NCBI GenBank assembly: GCA_963664825.1
Contig: OY761614.1
Span: forward strand, 2,240,001-2,304,000
Direction: 5' to 3'
Origin: an uncultured Holophaga sp.
GTDB taxonomy: Bacteria > Acidobacteriota > Holophagae > Holophagales > Holophagaceae
Length of the DNA: 64,000 nt
Shown: one piece after another, positions 10,840-19,605 of the stretch
Layout: each line of letters begins with the position of its first letter
How positions within the stretch are numbered: position 1 is the stretch's first letter
Program-made: the position numbers and the translations under genes
The notes under the pieces: generated by a model
What the model was told of the DNA's origin: nothing
Seen by the model: the letters and a program-made list of their open reading frames with translations, nothing else
Database searches by the model: none

Positions 10840-12169
10840 GGTTCTTCACGTTTTTCCGGGGAAGGCCGCACGGATCTTAAGGAAGAAGTAGCCCTCATCC
10901 CGGTAGCCGTAGGCGATGCGCTTGAGGACTTTGATCTTGTTGTTGATCCCTTCCTGGACGCTGGTATTGAGCGGCCAGCGGCAATGGGAGAGGATTCCGT
11001 CGATCCGCTGGGCGAGATTCTTGGCGAACTTCACGAGGGGCTGGAGTCCACTTGAGGTGGCGAGTTCCATCCAGTTCTCCCAGGCCTTCAGAGCCCAGCC
11101 CTCCCGCGTGTAGCGCCACAGTGCCTTCAGGGCGTCTTTCAGCACGTAGGCGGTCATCAGAGGCTGGTTCGCGTCCAATAACTCGTTGAGGCGGACTTTG
11201 GCATCCCGATTCGGCAGGTTCTCCCAATTGCCCAGCAGGAGCCACTTCGCGCCCTTGACGAGCTCCCGCGAGGCCTTGTCGTGCCGGTATCGATTGGCCT
11301 CATCCACCCGGATCCGGTCGATGACGTCATGGCCGTACTTTGCCACGACATGAAACTGGTCGTAGACGATCTCGGCGTTGGGACAGCGCGCCCGGACTTC
11401 GCCTTCGAAGGCCGCCGACATGTCTATGCCCACGGCCTGGATCCGTTTGCAGCCCTTCTTCCCGATCAGATCGAAGAACGGGCGGATGTCCTCGCGGCCA
11501 CGCCCTTTCCCGACCCAGAGCACGCGACGCGTTTCCGCATCCGTGATGACCGTGGCATAGCTCTGTCCCTTGTGGATGGCGAATTCGTCCATCAGAAGAA
11601 GCCTCGCCTTGCTCAGCTTCACGGGCCCAAGTTCTCGGTCCAGGTAAGCCTTGTCGATCGCCTTCACCGTGCCCCAGTGCAGGTCATAGTGCTCCGCGAC
11701 CTGTTTGATGGGCATGACCTTGCAAAGCCGCGCCACGCTCGCGGCAAGCCGGTTCGTGATCCGGGCATGGGGCTCCAACCAGTCCAGGGCTTCCAGCTTC
11801 GGGCCGCACCGGGGGCAGGCTACTCGAGCCCGCCACACCACTAGGACTGTGTCGGCGTCGAACAGCGGAAGGTCGCGGATCTCCCGCTCTGACCAGTCGT
11901 GGACGCTCCGCACGAAATGCCCACAACCGCTGCACTTCCGGGGATGATCGCCGAACCCAAGCAACTCGATCCACACCTCGGCCCGCGGCCCCTTCACCCC
12001 GGCTTCGAAGCGCTCCACGATTCCGACGCGTTGCCCTTTCCACCCGCCCAAGCGGGACATAAGCTCTTTGGTAGGCAGTGGCGGCCTCCTTCATCTCGAG
12101 TTCTCGACAAACCCAAGATGCCTGAAATCCGCCACTGCCGACCTACTTCACGCAAATCCGCGAAGAACC
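10840..12169 (-). mobile_element. ISL3-family insertion sequence, complete
   Basis: Terminal IRs GGTTCTTCACG (10840) and CGCGAAGAACC (to 12169); 8-bp target duplication TAAAATTT at 10832-10839 and 12170-12177. Confidence 0.95.
10846..12060 (-). CDS. ISL3-family transposase
   Basis: CxxC..CxxC zinc finger; MDEFA, IDMS, DQFHV and EGINNKIKVLKRIAYGYR motifs. Confidence 0.95.
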   Translation of the reverse strand: MSRLGGWKGQRVGIVERFEAGVKGPRAEVWIELLGFGDHPRKCSGCGHFVRSVHDWSEREIRDLPLFDADTVLVVWRARVACPRCGPKLEALDWLEPHARITNRLAASVARLCKVMPIKQVAEHYDLHWGTVKAIDKAYLDRELGPVKLSKARLLLMDEFAIHKGQSYATVITDAETRRVLWVGKGRGREDIRPFFDLIGKKGCKRIQAVGIDMSAAFEGEVRARCPNAEIVYDQFHVVAKYGHDVIDRIRVDEANRYRHDKASRELVKGAKWLLLGNWENLPNRDAKVRLNELLDANQPLMTAYVLKDALKALWRYTREGWALKAWENWMELATSSGLQPLVKFAKNLAQRIDGILSHCRWPLNTSVQEGINNKIKVLKRIAYGYRDEGYFFLKIRAAFPGKT

Positions 12170-12243
12170 TAAAATTTACGGGGTGCGCACGTGAGCATCT
12201 CTCTGATTTCACGGTTCCGTTGCGACCATTACCCAAATTCCAA

Positions 12244-13644
12244 CTATCTGGATGGCGCGGCACTTCGCCTCCTTCGATGACTCCAGCCCAGGAACCCCAT
12301 TCCGCCGAGAGCCAGTACACCCAGCAAAAGTCCAAGGAGTCCCCTTCCAGCGATCCCCTTCAACACCACCCGGAACGCAAGCTCTGGACTTTCCAGGCTC
12401 TTCAACCGATTATCGGCCGTAGCCACCACTTTGATGGTGAATTCACCCGGCACAGCTTCGAGACCCGTGGCAAGTTCCAAAGTGATTTCTTTCCGCTCTC
12501 GAATACCCAACAATGGGAGGGTAGGCGGCACCAGTCGGCCCTGGACGCCTAACGGATAGTTCACCTGGAGGCTCACGTTACGCGCTTCCGCTCCACCCAG
12601 GTTCTCTATCCAAAAACGGACAGTTCTCCCTTCTCCCAGAACCATTTGGAGTAGCAAGTTGTCACTGCCCAAAACGAGTTTTGGCGCACCGGTTGGTCGG
12701 AGTTGGAGTTCCAGGGTGTCTTCCCGTTCTTTGACCGGTCCATGTTCGCTTTCGGGAGAGGTCTTCATACGAAACGGCAGGGCCTGGTTTAGCCAGATGT
12801 CTTTCCCCTCCGCCGGTATGTAAACGCGAAGGATCAATTTCTGTGTGTTTTGACCCTCCAGGAACCGTAGCTTCGTGATCCGGACTTTTCCCTCACCCTC
12901 CCACCATTCGGTGGCGAACCCCTCAGGAAGCCCCTCCACTCCAAGGGCCAAGGAAACCGTCGCAGGATCGAAACGCTCGATCTGGATACTGAAATCAGCC
13001 TTATCTCCCACCAAACCTTCCAAGGAATAGCTCGGTGAGCTCAATCGTAGATGGCTGCGGTGATCCCGCTGGAGTAGGACGGGAATCTCCTCCCGGCGGG
13101 CGCCGGAGGCGATCAGGATGGTGAGTTCGTCCGCATCTTTGAGGAGGCGAAAATCCAAGCGGGATCGCCCCGTGCTCTTTCCCTCCACCGTCACTTTCCT
13201 TTGGTAGGGCTCGCTGATGATTGCGGTGGCCGACTTCAAACTCACGAGGTAGCTCCTGGCTCCAAGTCCCGCATTCGTTTCCCGCAGTTCCTCGACCTCG
13301 AGGCTGACCAGAATTTCGCCATGAGGGCCGGTGGATTTGGTGGCCGAGAGCAGACGAAAGGAAGGAAGTTCGTTGGACAGGCCCAGCACAGCTCGCTGAG
13401 TTTCAAGTAGCGCGCGTTGCAAGTCTGTTTCTGCATTTTCGAGGTCGTTCCGTGGCACCAGCCCTTGGTCTACCAGCGCGCGAACCTGGGTAGCCTTCTT
13501 TCTGGCCTGTCCTTCGGCGAGCTCGGCCCGTTTGAGGTCCAGGCGGCGCTCCCCTTCAGAAGCCCCCTGGCCTGAGAGTGCTGCTGTGGCCATCGCAAGG
13601 ACAATCCAAGCGAAAGTCCTAAGCCTTAGAATCGTAGACCTCAT
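12244..13644 (-). CDS. Exported, membrane-anchored protein with N-terminal helical hairpin and NEW3-like beta-sandwich domain
   Basis: Signal-like N-terminus; ENLGGAEARNVSLQV...PGEFTIKV resembles NEW3; C-terminal TM followed by RRRR; start uncertain. Confidence 0.65.
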   Translation of the reverse strand: MRSTILRLRTFAWIVLAMATAALSGQGASEGERRLDLKRAELAEGQARKKATQVRALVDQGLVPRNDLENAETDLQRALLETQRAVLGLSNELPSFRLLSATKSTGPHGEILVSLEVEELRETNAGLGARSYLVSLKSATAIISEPYQRKVTVEGKSTGRSRLDFRLLKDADELTILIASGARREEIPVLLQRDHRSHLRLSSPSYSLEGLVGDKADFSIQIERFDPATVSLALGVEGLPEGFATEWWEGEGKVRITKLRFLEGQNTQKLILRVYIPAEGKDIWLNQALPFRMKTSPESEHGPVKEREDTLELQLRPTGAPKLVLGSDNLLLQMVLGEGRTVRFWIENLGGAEARNVSLQVNYPLGVQGRLVPPTLPLLGIRERKEITLELATGLEAVPGEFTIKVVATADNRLKSLESPELAFRVVLKGIAGRGLLGLLLGVLALGGMGFLGWSHRRRRSAAPSR

Positions 13645-13693
13645 CCAAATCCCTTTCATTAAACCCTGCCGCCGCGCATTCATGGATTAGCCG
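13619..13693 (-). pseudogene. Detached 3' tail of the ABC ATPase gene
   Basis: Removing IS4 and one target copy gives ...KDGRLIHECAAAGFNERDLDEVYDSKA* with TAG at 13619-13621. Confidence 0.8.
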
Positions 13694-15163
13694 CAATACG
13701 GTTCACTTAAGGTTTTGAATGGAGATGGCGGAGGTGCAGTGGGCGTTGCATTTGATGGTTCTGTCGCGGACGTTCCAATTGCTCATTTTACGCTTGACCC
13801 CTCGGGGATTGGTGCGATTTCGACTGGAACTAGCCGGTTCCTTCACGAGCTCTTGCAGGATGGCGTTGTGGGCGATCAGGCGTTGGGCTGGGGGGAGAGA
13901 GCCGCGAAGTGCGGCAGGGTGCGGCGGATGACCCTCACGGCATGGATGAACGATAGTCGATCCGGGTCGATCTCGGCCTGGAGTGCGGCTTCATGCATGA
14001 GGCCCCGAATGGCGAAATGGGCCATCATCAGGCCGTAGAACTCCTGGCGGATGAGACCGGGGGTCTTGCTGCGCAGCAGCATCTGGCGGCCTCGGAGGTG
14101 GGTCTTCAGCTCGTCGAAGGCGGACTCGATCTCCCAGCGTTCGGGATAGAGCGCGGCCAACTCGACGGCCGGGGCGATCTTGGGATCCAGGAGGGTGGTG
14201 ATGAGACGGTAGGTGGTTTCGCCCTCGGAATCGGGGGGCATTGGAATGCCCTGGAGTGTGTAGGCGATGACTCGCACCCGAACGCCTTTTGAGGGGTGTC
14301 GATATTCACGGGTGGGATACAGGGTGGAGAGGTAGGAGCCGTCTTCGAGTTCCTCTTCCCTGGGCAGGCCGAGCTTTGCATTGACCCTCCAGAGGAGGTC
14401 GGCACCGGTGGCCTTGGCTTTGTTCCAAAACTCGAAGCCGTAGAAACCGCGATCGGCGAGACAGAGCATTCCTGGGGTCAGGGCCGGGAGGAGTTGGTGG
14501 GCGATGGCTTTCTCGCTGGTGTTGAAGCCCTCCATGCGGGAAGCAAAGAGGACATGGGTACCGCTCTCGACCAGGGAGACGAAGCGCACCTGCGGATAGG
14601 CGCTGGTTCCTCGGGCAACGCCGGGGCGGCCGAACTCCGTTTCGATGGCGGGGGCCTCGGGAACATCCAGGGTGCTGCCGTCGATGCTGACAATGCGCCA
14701 CTGGCGGTACCAGGCCCCGGGGGTGTCCGGGGTGGCGATGGGCTGGACAACCTTGTCGTGAAGGCGCTGGAGAGGTTCCCAGCCGAGACGGGACCTGGCC
14801 TGAGAGATGGCGGACTTCCCGGCGATATGCAGGTCCTCGGGGGTACCCTGCAGCCACCGGAGGCCCTCCATGAGGCAGCGCAGGACCTCTCGGCAGGAGG
14901 CCTGGGTGAAGAGGGCCAGAGCGATGACGTAGTAGATCACCACATGCGCCGGCAGATCTCGGTGGCGTTGACTCGCCCGCCCAGTCTCCTTGAGCACCGC
15001 TTCCACCTGGTGCGTGGGGAAGAGCCGGGCCACCACCCCCAGGGTGATGAAGTCCGAGATTCGCGTTCCACCCTCGAGCGTAGCTGGTGTCCTGGCCATT
15101 GTGAGCCCTACACCGAATCTAGGCAGTCGCACAGGCCTGTCAAGGCTTAAATGAACGGTATTA
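13694..15163 (-). mobile_element. IS4-family insertion sequence, complete
   Basis: IRs CAATACGGTTCACTTAAG (13694-13711) and CTTAAATGAACGGTATTA (15146-15163); 10-bp target duplication GGATTAGCCG at 13684-13693 and 15164-15173. Confidence 0.95.
13876..15099 (-). CDS. IS4-family transposase
   Basis: SAISQARSRLG, IDGST, ADRGF and YREK-type YPERWEIESAFDELK motifs. Confidence 0.95.
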   Translation of the reverse strand: MARTPATLEGGTRISDFITLGVVARLFPTHQVEAVLKETGRASQRHRDLPAHVVIYYVIALALFTQASCREVLRCLMEGLRWLQGTPEDLHIAGKSAISQARSRLGWEPLQRLHDKVVQPIATPDTPGAWYRQWRIVSIDGSTLDVPEAPAIETEFGRPGVARGTSAYPQVRFVSLVESGTHVLFASRMEGFNTSEKAIAHQLLPALTPGMLCLADRGFYGFEFWNKAKATGADLLWRVNAKLGLPREEELEDGSYLSTLYPTREYRHPSKGVRVRVIAYTLQGIPMPPDSEGETTYRLITTLLDPKIAPAVELAALYPERWEIESAFDELKTHLRGRQMLLRSKTPGLIRQEFYGLMMAHFAIRGLMHEAALQAEIDPDRLSFIHAVRVIRRTLPHFAALSPQPNA

Positions 15164-15812
15164 GGATTAGCCGACCATCCTTCAGAATGCCCACCCGATT
15201 GGCCCCCCTTTGAATCGTGTTCAGGTTGTGGGTGGTGAAGAGCACGGTTTTACCCTCCCCTGCGATCTTGCGAAGGAGTTGGGTGACCTCTCCGGTGGTC
15301 TTAGGATCCAGCCCTGAGGTGGGCTCATCCAGCAGGAAGACCTTGGCCCCCTTCTGCAGGCCGATGGCCAGGGAGACTTTCTGGCGCATTCCTTTGCTGT
15401 AAATCCCCACCGGCTGGTCGGCCGCGCTCTCGGGAAACGCTAGGCTCGACAGCAAATCAAGGCAAGCGAGACGATCATGCTGCCGTCCCAATAGCCCCTC
15501 AAAGAAGGACAGGTTCTCCAGGGCCGAAAGATGGCCGTAGAGACGCGTCACTTCAGGCACGTAAGCCAGGGTCTGCTTGGCCCAGAGGGGATCTTGAATC
15601 AAGGAATGTCCCCCGATCCGGATGTCCCCGCTATCAGGTGGCAGGAATCCTAGGCAGAGGTTCAACAGGGTAGTCTTGCCCGCACCGTTGGCCCCGATTA
15701 GGGCGTACGACTCGCCCGGAAAAACTTCCAGGCTGACCCCTTTCAAACCCCTGCCATCCGGAGGAAACGTCTTGGCCAAAGCAGTGCAGATCAATCCTTC
15801 GTGACCGTTCAT
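15147..15812 (-). CDS. ABC transporter ATP-binding protein with native C-terminus replaced by IS4 end
   Basis: Walker A GANGAGKT; signature YSKGMRQK; Walker B LLDEPTSGLD; H-loop TTH. Confidence 0.88.
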   Translation of the reverse strand: MNGHEGLICTALAKTFPPDGRGLKGVSLEVFPGESYALIGANGAGKTTLLNLCLGFLPPDSGDIRIGGHSLIQDPLWAKQTLAYVPEVTRLYGHLSALENLSFFEGLLGRQHDRLACLDLLSSLAFPESAADQPVGIYSKGMRQKVSLAIGLQKGAKVFLLDEPTSGLDPKTTGEVTQLLRKIAGEGKTVLFTTHNLNTIQRGANRVGILKDGRLILIPFI

Positions 15813-15912
15813 GGCCGCACATCCATTCGGCGAAGGCCCCACAGTCCGGCCATCATGAAGGCCACGCCAAAAAGGATCAGCGCGAGGATGGGCCAAGCAA
15901 TGGAGGCCAGGA
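15809..15912 (-). pseudogene. C-terminal remnant of a probable ABC-2 type permease
   Basis: Reads LASIAWPILALILFGVAFMMAGLWGLRRMDVRP* (last TM plus RRxDV end); ATGA overlap with the ATPase start; cut at the IS66 end. Confidence 0.7.
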
Positions 15913-17541
15913 GTATCGATTCACCCCCCTTGTCCCTGTGACCACGTAAGCCGGTGGCAGGCAGCCATGATGGGCTGGTGATGTCCCGCTTGCCCTGGCA
16001 GCCTCAGGCTGGTTCCAGTGCCGGTAGGGGCTGGTTGGATCGGGCGGAGTGGAGGGCCCTGAGCAGCCAGTCGAAGTAGGGGACGCCGCGGATGCGGGCG
16101 GTGGTGCCCAGGCTCAGGAGGCGTTCGAAGAATCGCTTTCCGTCCGCGCTGGGCAGTCGCTGGAAGATCCGCTTGAGGATCACGAGGGGGCGCAGGGCCC
16201 GCTCGGCCGCATTGTTCGTCGGCTCCACGCCCTCGACCTTCAGGAACACCCAGAGCTTGTCCCATTTCCGGAGGAGGTCCTTCCCGAGGTTTCGGGCGGC
16301 CTTGTGATCCATCGCGCTGGCCTGGATCAGACCGCGTTTGAGCCGCGCCAGATTGATGGCGGTGCAGGCCCGGAGCTCTTTCCGGCTGATGTCGCCCGCC
16401 CGGAAGGTGTGCCACAGCGCAAAGATCTCCTCCTGCTCGGCGAGCAGTCGCTTTCCCAGTGCGGCCACCTCGGGCTTCTGGGATTCGCTCAGGGCGACGA
16501 ACTCGCGGCGCAAATGGGCCCAGCAGAACTGGCGAACGGCAGATTTTAAGGCGTTGTAGGCGCCGTAGCGGTCCGTGCCAATCACGCCTTGGAAGTCCTC
16601 GGGAAGTATCGCCTTTAGGGCCCTCGCCCCACGGGTGTCACTGAAGTGGAAGAGGGCCGTACGGGCGGAAAGGGCCACCCAGATCCAGTCCCGGTCCTTC
16701 CGGCCGAAGCCGGTCTCGTCGAGGTTGAGCACATCCGCCGTACGGATCTGCTGGGAGAGGTCCTCCCAGGCGGGGAGTAGGTGGCTCCCCAGCGCCACAC
16801 CGCTCTCGTGCAGCCAACCGCGTGAGACCGCTACGCCCGTCACCTCCGAGAGGAAACGCTGGAGCGGCGTCAGGCTCATGCGGCCCTCTGTGCGCAGATA
16901 GGCCGCCGCAGCCTGAAGGCGCGGGCCGATCCCGCCCGGCGCAGCCTCTGGGGGAAGCGGCGCCTGCACCTTCCTCTGGCAGTGCGGGCAGATCCCCTCC
17001 TCCAGCGCGTAGGCGATGACTTCTGTGAGGCGCTGAGCCAGATCCACCACCCGGTGCAGGCGCGTCCCGGTGATGGCCCCTGAAGGAACCTCGCCTCGGC
17101 AGTGGGGGCAACAGGCGAGGGGCACCGAAACCGTACGGTCCTCGCTGCCTTCCGGCAGCATCACCCGAGCGGATCCCTTCCGTCCCGGTTGGCCGCCGCG
17201 CTTGCGCCCCGTGGGCGGCGCCGGTGGCTTGGGTGGCGCCGCGGGTCCGTCCGAACTGGGGGGCTTGCTGCTGTTGCGACTGTCCTTCCCGAGGCGATCC
17301 TGGAGCGACTCCAGCAATTTTTCCAGGCGTTCCATCGCCTCCCGCAGGCAGACCATTTCCGCACGCAGTTCCCCGTTCTCGGCAGCCAGGGCCAGATAAC
17401 GCGGATCAGTCAGAACAGGATCAAGCTCCATCCTTCAGAATCTGACTGGTTTGAGACCAAAGTACAAGCGAATTATTCACTTGCGGTGATTTTATCCTCA
17501 ATCACGAGTTGAGCCTGCATGGGGGGGGGGTGAATCGATAC
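15913..17541 (-). mobile_element. IS66-family single-ORF insertion sequence without target duplication
   Basis: Perfect 17-bp IRs GTATCGATTCACCCCCC (15913-15929) and GGGGGGTGAATCGATAC (17525-17541); flanks GGCCAGGA and GGCGAAAC differ. Confidence 0.9.
16004..17431 (-). CDS. IS66-family transposase
   Basis: DSRNSSKPPSSD and KRGGQPG; CxxC pairs; LDETG, CWAHLRR and PTNNAAERALR motifs. Confidence 0.95.
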   Translation of the reverse strand: MELDPVLTDPRYLALAAENGELRAEMVCLREAMERLEKLLESLQDRLGKDSRNSSKPPSSDGPAAPPKPPAPPTGRKRGGQPGRKGSARVMLPEGSEDRTVSVPLACCPHCRGEVPSGAITGTRLHRVVDLAQRLTEVIAYALEEGICPHCQRKVQAPLPPEAAPGGIGPRLQAAAAYLRTEGRMSLTPLQRFLSEVTGVAVSRGWLHESGVALGSHLLPAWEDLSQQIRTADVLNLDETGFGRKDRDWIWVALSARTALFHFSDTRGARALKAILPEDFQGVIGTDRYGAYNALKSAVRQFCWAHLRREFVALSESQKPEVAALGKRLLAEQEEIFALWHTFRAGDISRKELRACTAINLARLKRGLIQASAMDHKAARNLGKDLLRKWDKLWVFLKVEGVEPTNNAAERALRPLVILKRIFQRLPSADGKRFFERLLSLGTTARIRGVPYFDWLLRALHSARSNQPLPALEPA

Positions 17542-18211
17542 GGCGAAACGTCCATTGCACCAGCAGAGGAGCAACCTCTACCCCCCCCGATAAATTTACT
17601 TTGATCCTCGCGGCAGCATTCCCGTCTTCCTGCAGGGGCATGGATCGTGGGTCCAGGGTTGCCTCGAGAACCGTCCCCCCGCCCGACGGCAATACCGCGA
17701 TGGTCAGAAAAGGTTGAAGCTCAGCATCCACTTCTGCCTGGATGCTTGCATTCGGGATCACTCCCTCGTTGAAGAGGACCCTTGCTCGCTGGACATTGGG
17801 TTGGTCGCGGGATAGAACTTTGAAATCCAAGAGGGGGGGCGTGATTCGGAAGGGCGCTTTGGCTTGCCCGGTGAGGGTCAGCAGGAGAACTTCCTTTTGG
17901 GGACCTCCGACATTAATCTGAACGGACGCATGGAGCTCACCATCCCGGCCTCCGGGATTCAGGCTTGCTTCCAAGGAAGTTTGTTCACCTGAGGCTAGGT
18001 CTGCCTTGTCAAGCACAACTGCCGTGCAGCCACAGGAGGTCTCCACAGGTCCGAGCCGAATGTTCTGGTTGCTCTCATTTGTCAAAGCGAAGCGGTGGAT
18101 CAATGTTTTCCAAGGTGATACCACGCCAAAATCATGTTTTGCAGAGTCAACCCCAAGCCTGGGGCTTGTAGCAAGGCAAATTAGACCCACTGCGATGGCT
18201 TGAATGAGCAT
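17498..18211 (-). CDS. DUF1573-domain exported protein, 3' end truncated by IS66
   Basis: HDFG..F.LTN...VETSCGCT motif; signal-like N-terminus; last ~14 codons come from the IS end. Confidence 0.78.
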   Translation of the reverse strand: MLIQAIAVGLICLATSPRLGVDSAKHDFGVVSPWKTLIHRFALTNESNQNIRLGPVETSCGCTAVVLDKADLASGEQTSLEASLNPGGRDGELHASVQINVGGPQKEVLLLTLTGQAKAPFRITPPLLDFKVLSRDQPNVQRARVLFNEGVIPNASIQAEVDAELQPFLTIAVLPSGGGTVLEATLDPRSMPLQEDGNAAARIKVNLSGGVEVAPLLVQWTFRRIDSPPPHAGSTRD

Positions 18212-18408
18212 CCCTGATCTATACACTGTTATTAGGGCCAGGGGTAAATTTGTTTTGAAAAGTTCATTGCACTGAACAGTGCCCATTCTCAGGATGCGTT
18301 GCTATATAAGAAGTCTGGGCCGGGCATTCCGATCCGTAGCCGATAGAATCGAAGCCACATGCAAAGTCATATCAAGAGCTTAGAATGGAGATTATGTCTG
18401 GAGTCCCC

Positions 18409-19605
18409 ATGACTTATCTCCGCCGCGAATCCTTCCTCCCTTTCACCCGCCCAGTCATTGGCCAGGAGGAGATCGAAGAGATGATCGATTCGATCAACTC
18501 GGGCTGGATCACCACGGGCCCCAAATCTGCCAAGTTCGAAGAGGAGCTGGCCCGCTACAACGATGTGAAGCACTGTCTGGTGATGAATAGCGCCACCACG
18601 GCCCAGGAGATCACCCTCCAGGTGTTGGGGCTCCAGCCCGGGGACGAGGTCATCACCACGGCCATGACCTGGGTGTCCACCCTCTCGACCGTCGTGCTCC
18701 AGGGCGGCGTGCCCGTGCTGGCCGATATAGATCCGAAGACCCTGAATATCGATCCCGCGCGCATCGAGGAGATGATCACGCCCCGCACCAAGGGCATCAT
18801 CCCTGTGCATCTCACGGGGCTGCCCGCCCCCATGGAGGAGATCTGGAAGATCGCCGAAAAGCACGGCCTCTGGGTCATCGAGGATGCCGCCCAGGCCATG
18901 GGCGCCCACTATGCCGGCCAGAAGATCGGCCACGACCCGCGCTCGATCATGAGCGTCTACAGCTTCCATCCCAATAAGAACATGACCACCGGCGAAGGGG
19001 GCTGCATCGTCCTCCACGACGATCGCTTCCTGGACCGCATCAAGCGCCTGCGCTTCCATGGCATCGAGAAGGACGCCTGGAAGCGCTTCTCCAAGGATGG
19101 ATCGCCCCACACGGAGGTCATGGAACCCGGCCGCAAGGCCAATTTCATGGACCTCCAGGCCAGTCTCGGCCTGCATCAGATCAAGAAGCTGGACGGTTTC
19201 AATGCCCGGCGGGGCCATCTCTTTCGGCGCTACCTGGAGCTGCTGAAGGATATCGAGGGCCTCGTGCTGCCCTGGGAGGGGGACGCCATCCACGGCCACT
19301 GCTTCCATCTCTTCGTGCTGCGCATCCGGCCGGAGGTGGTGGGGATGGATCGGGACGCCTTCGTGCAGGCCCTGAAAGACGAGAATATCGGCACCGGCAT
19401 CCACTACCGCCCCGCCCACATCCACGCCTTCTACCGGGGCTACTACGCCGAGCATCCCAACGCCCTGCCCCAGGATGGTCTGCCCCATAGCGAATGGAGC
19501 GGCGATCGGTTGATGTCCCTGCCGCTTTGGCCCGGCCTCACCGAAGAGGACCAGGACCAGGTCGTCGCGGCCATCCAGCATGTGATCGCGCAGGCCCGGC
19601 CATGA
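18409..19605 (+). CDS. DegT/DnrJ/EryC1/StrS (ArnB-like) PLP-dependent sugar aminotransferase
   Basis: SGWITTGPK, IEDAAQA, SFHPNKNMTTGEGG and GTGIHY motifs. Confidence 0.93.
   Translation: MTYLRRESFLPFTRPVIGQEEIEEMIDSINSGWITTGPKSAKFEEELARYNDVKHCLVMNSATTAQEITLQVLGLQPGDEVITTAMTWVSTLSTVVLQGGVPVLADIDPKTLNIDPARIEEMITPRTKGIIPVHLTGLPAPMEEIWKIAEKHGLWVIEDAAQAMGAHYAGQKIGHDPRSIMSVYSFHPNKNMTTGEGGCIVLHDDRFLDRIKRLRFHGIEKDAWKRFSKDGSPHTEVMEPGRKANFMDLQASLGLHQIKKLDGFNARRGHLFRRYLELLKDIEGLVLPWEGDAIHGHCFHLFVLRIRPEVVGMDRDAFVQALKDENIGTGIHYRPAHIHAFYRGYYAEHPNALPQDGLPHSEWSGDRLMSLPLWPGLTEEDQDQVVAAIQHVIAQARP

Noticed and set aside
15935..15965. GTAAGCCGG / GTGACCACGTA as the IS66 end
   Set aside because: No matching partner at the other end, whereas 15913-15929 and 17525-17541 form a perfect 17-bp IR.
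17521..17530. G10 tract as a phase-variation switch
   Set aside because: It lies in the IS66 terminus and affects only the IS-derived tail of an already truncated gene.
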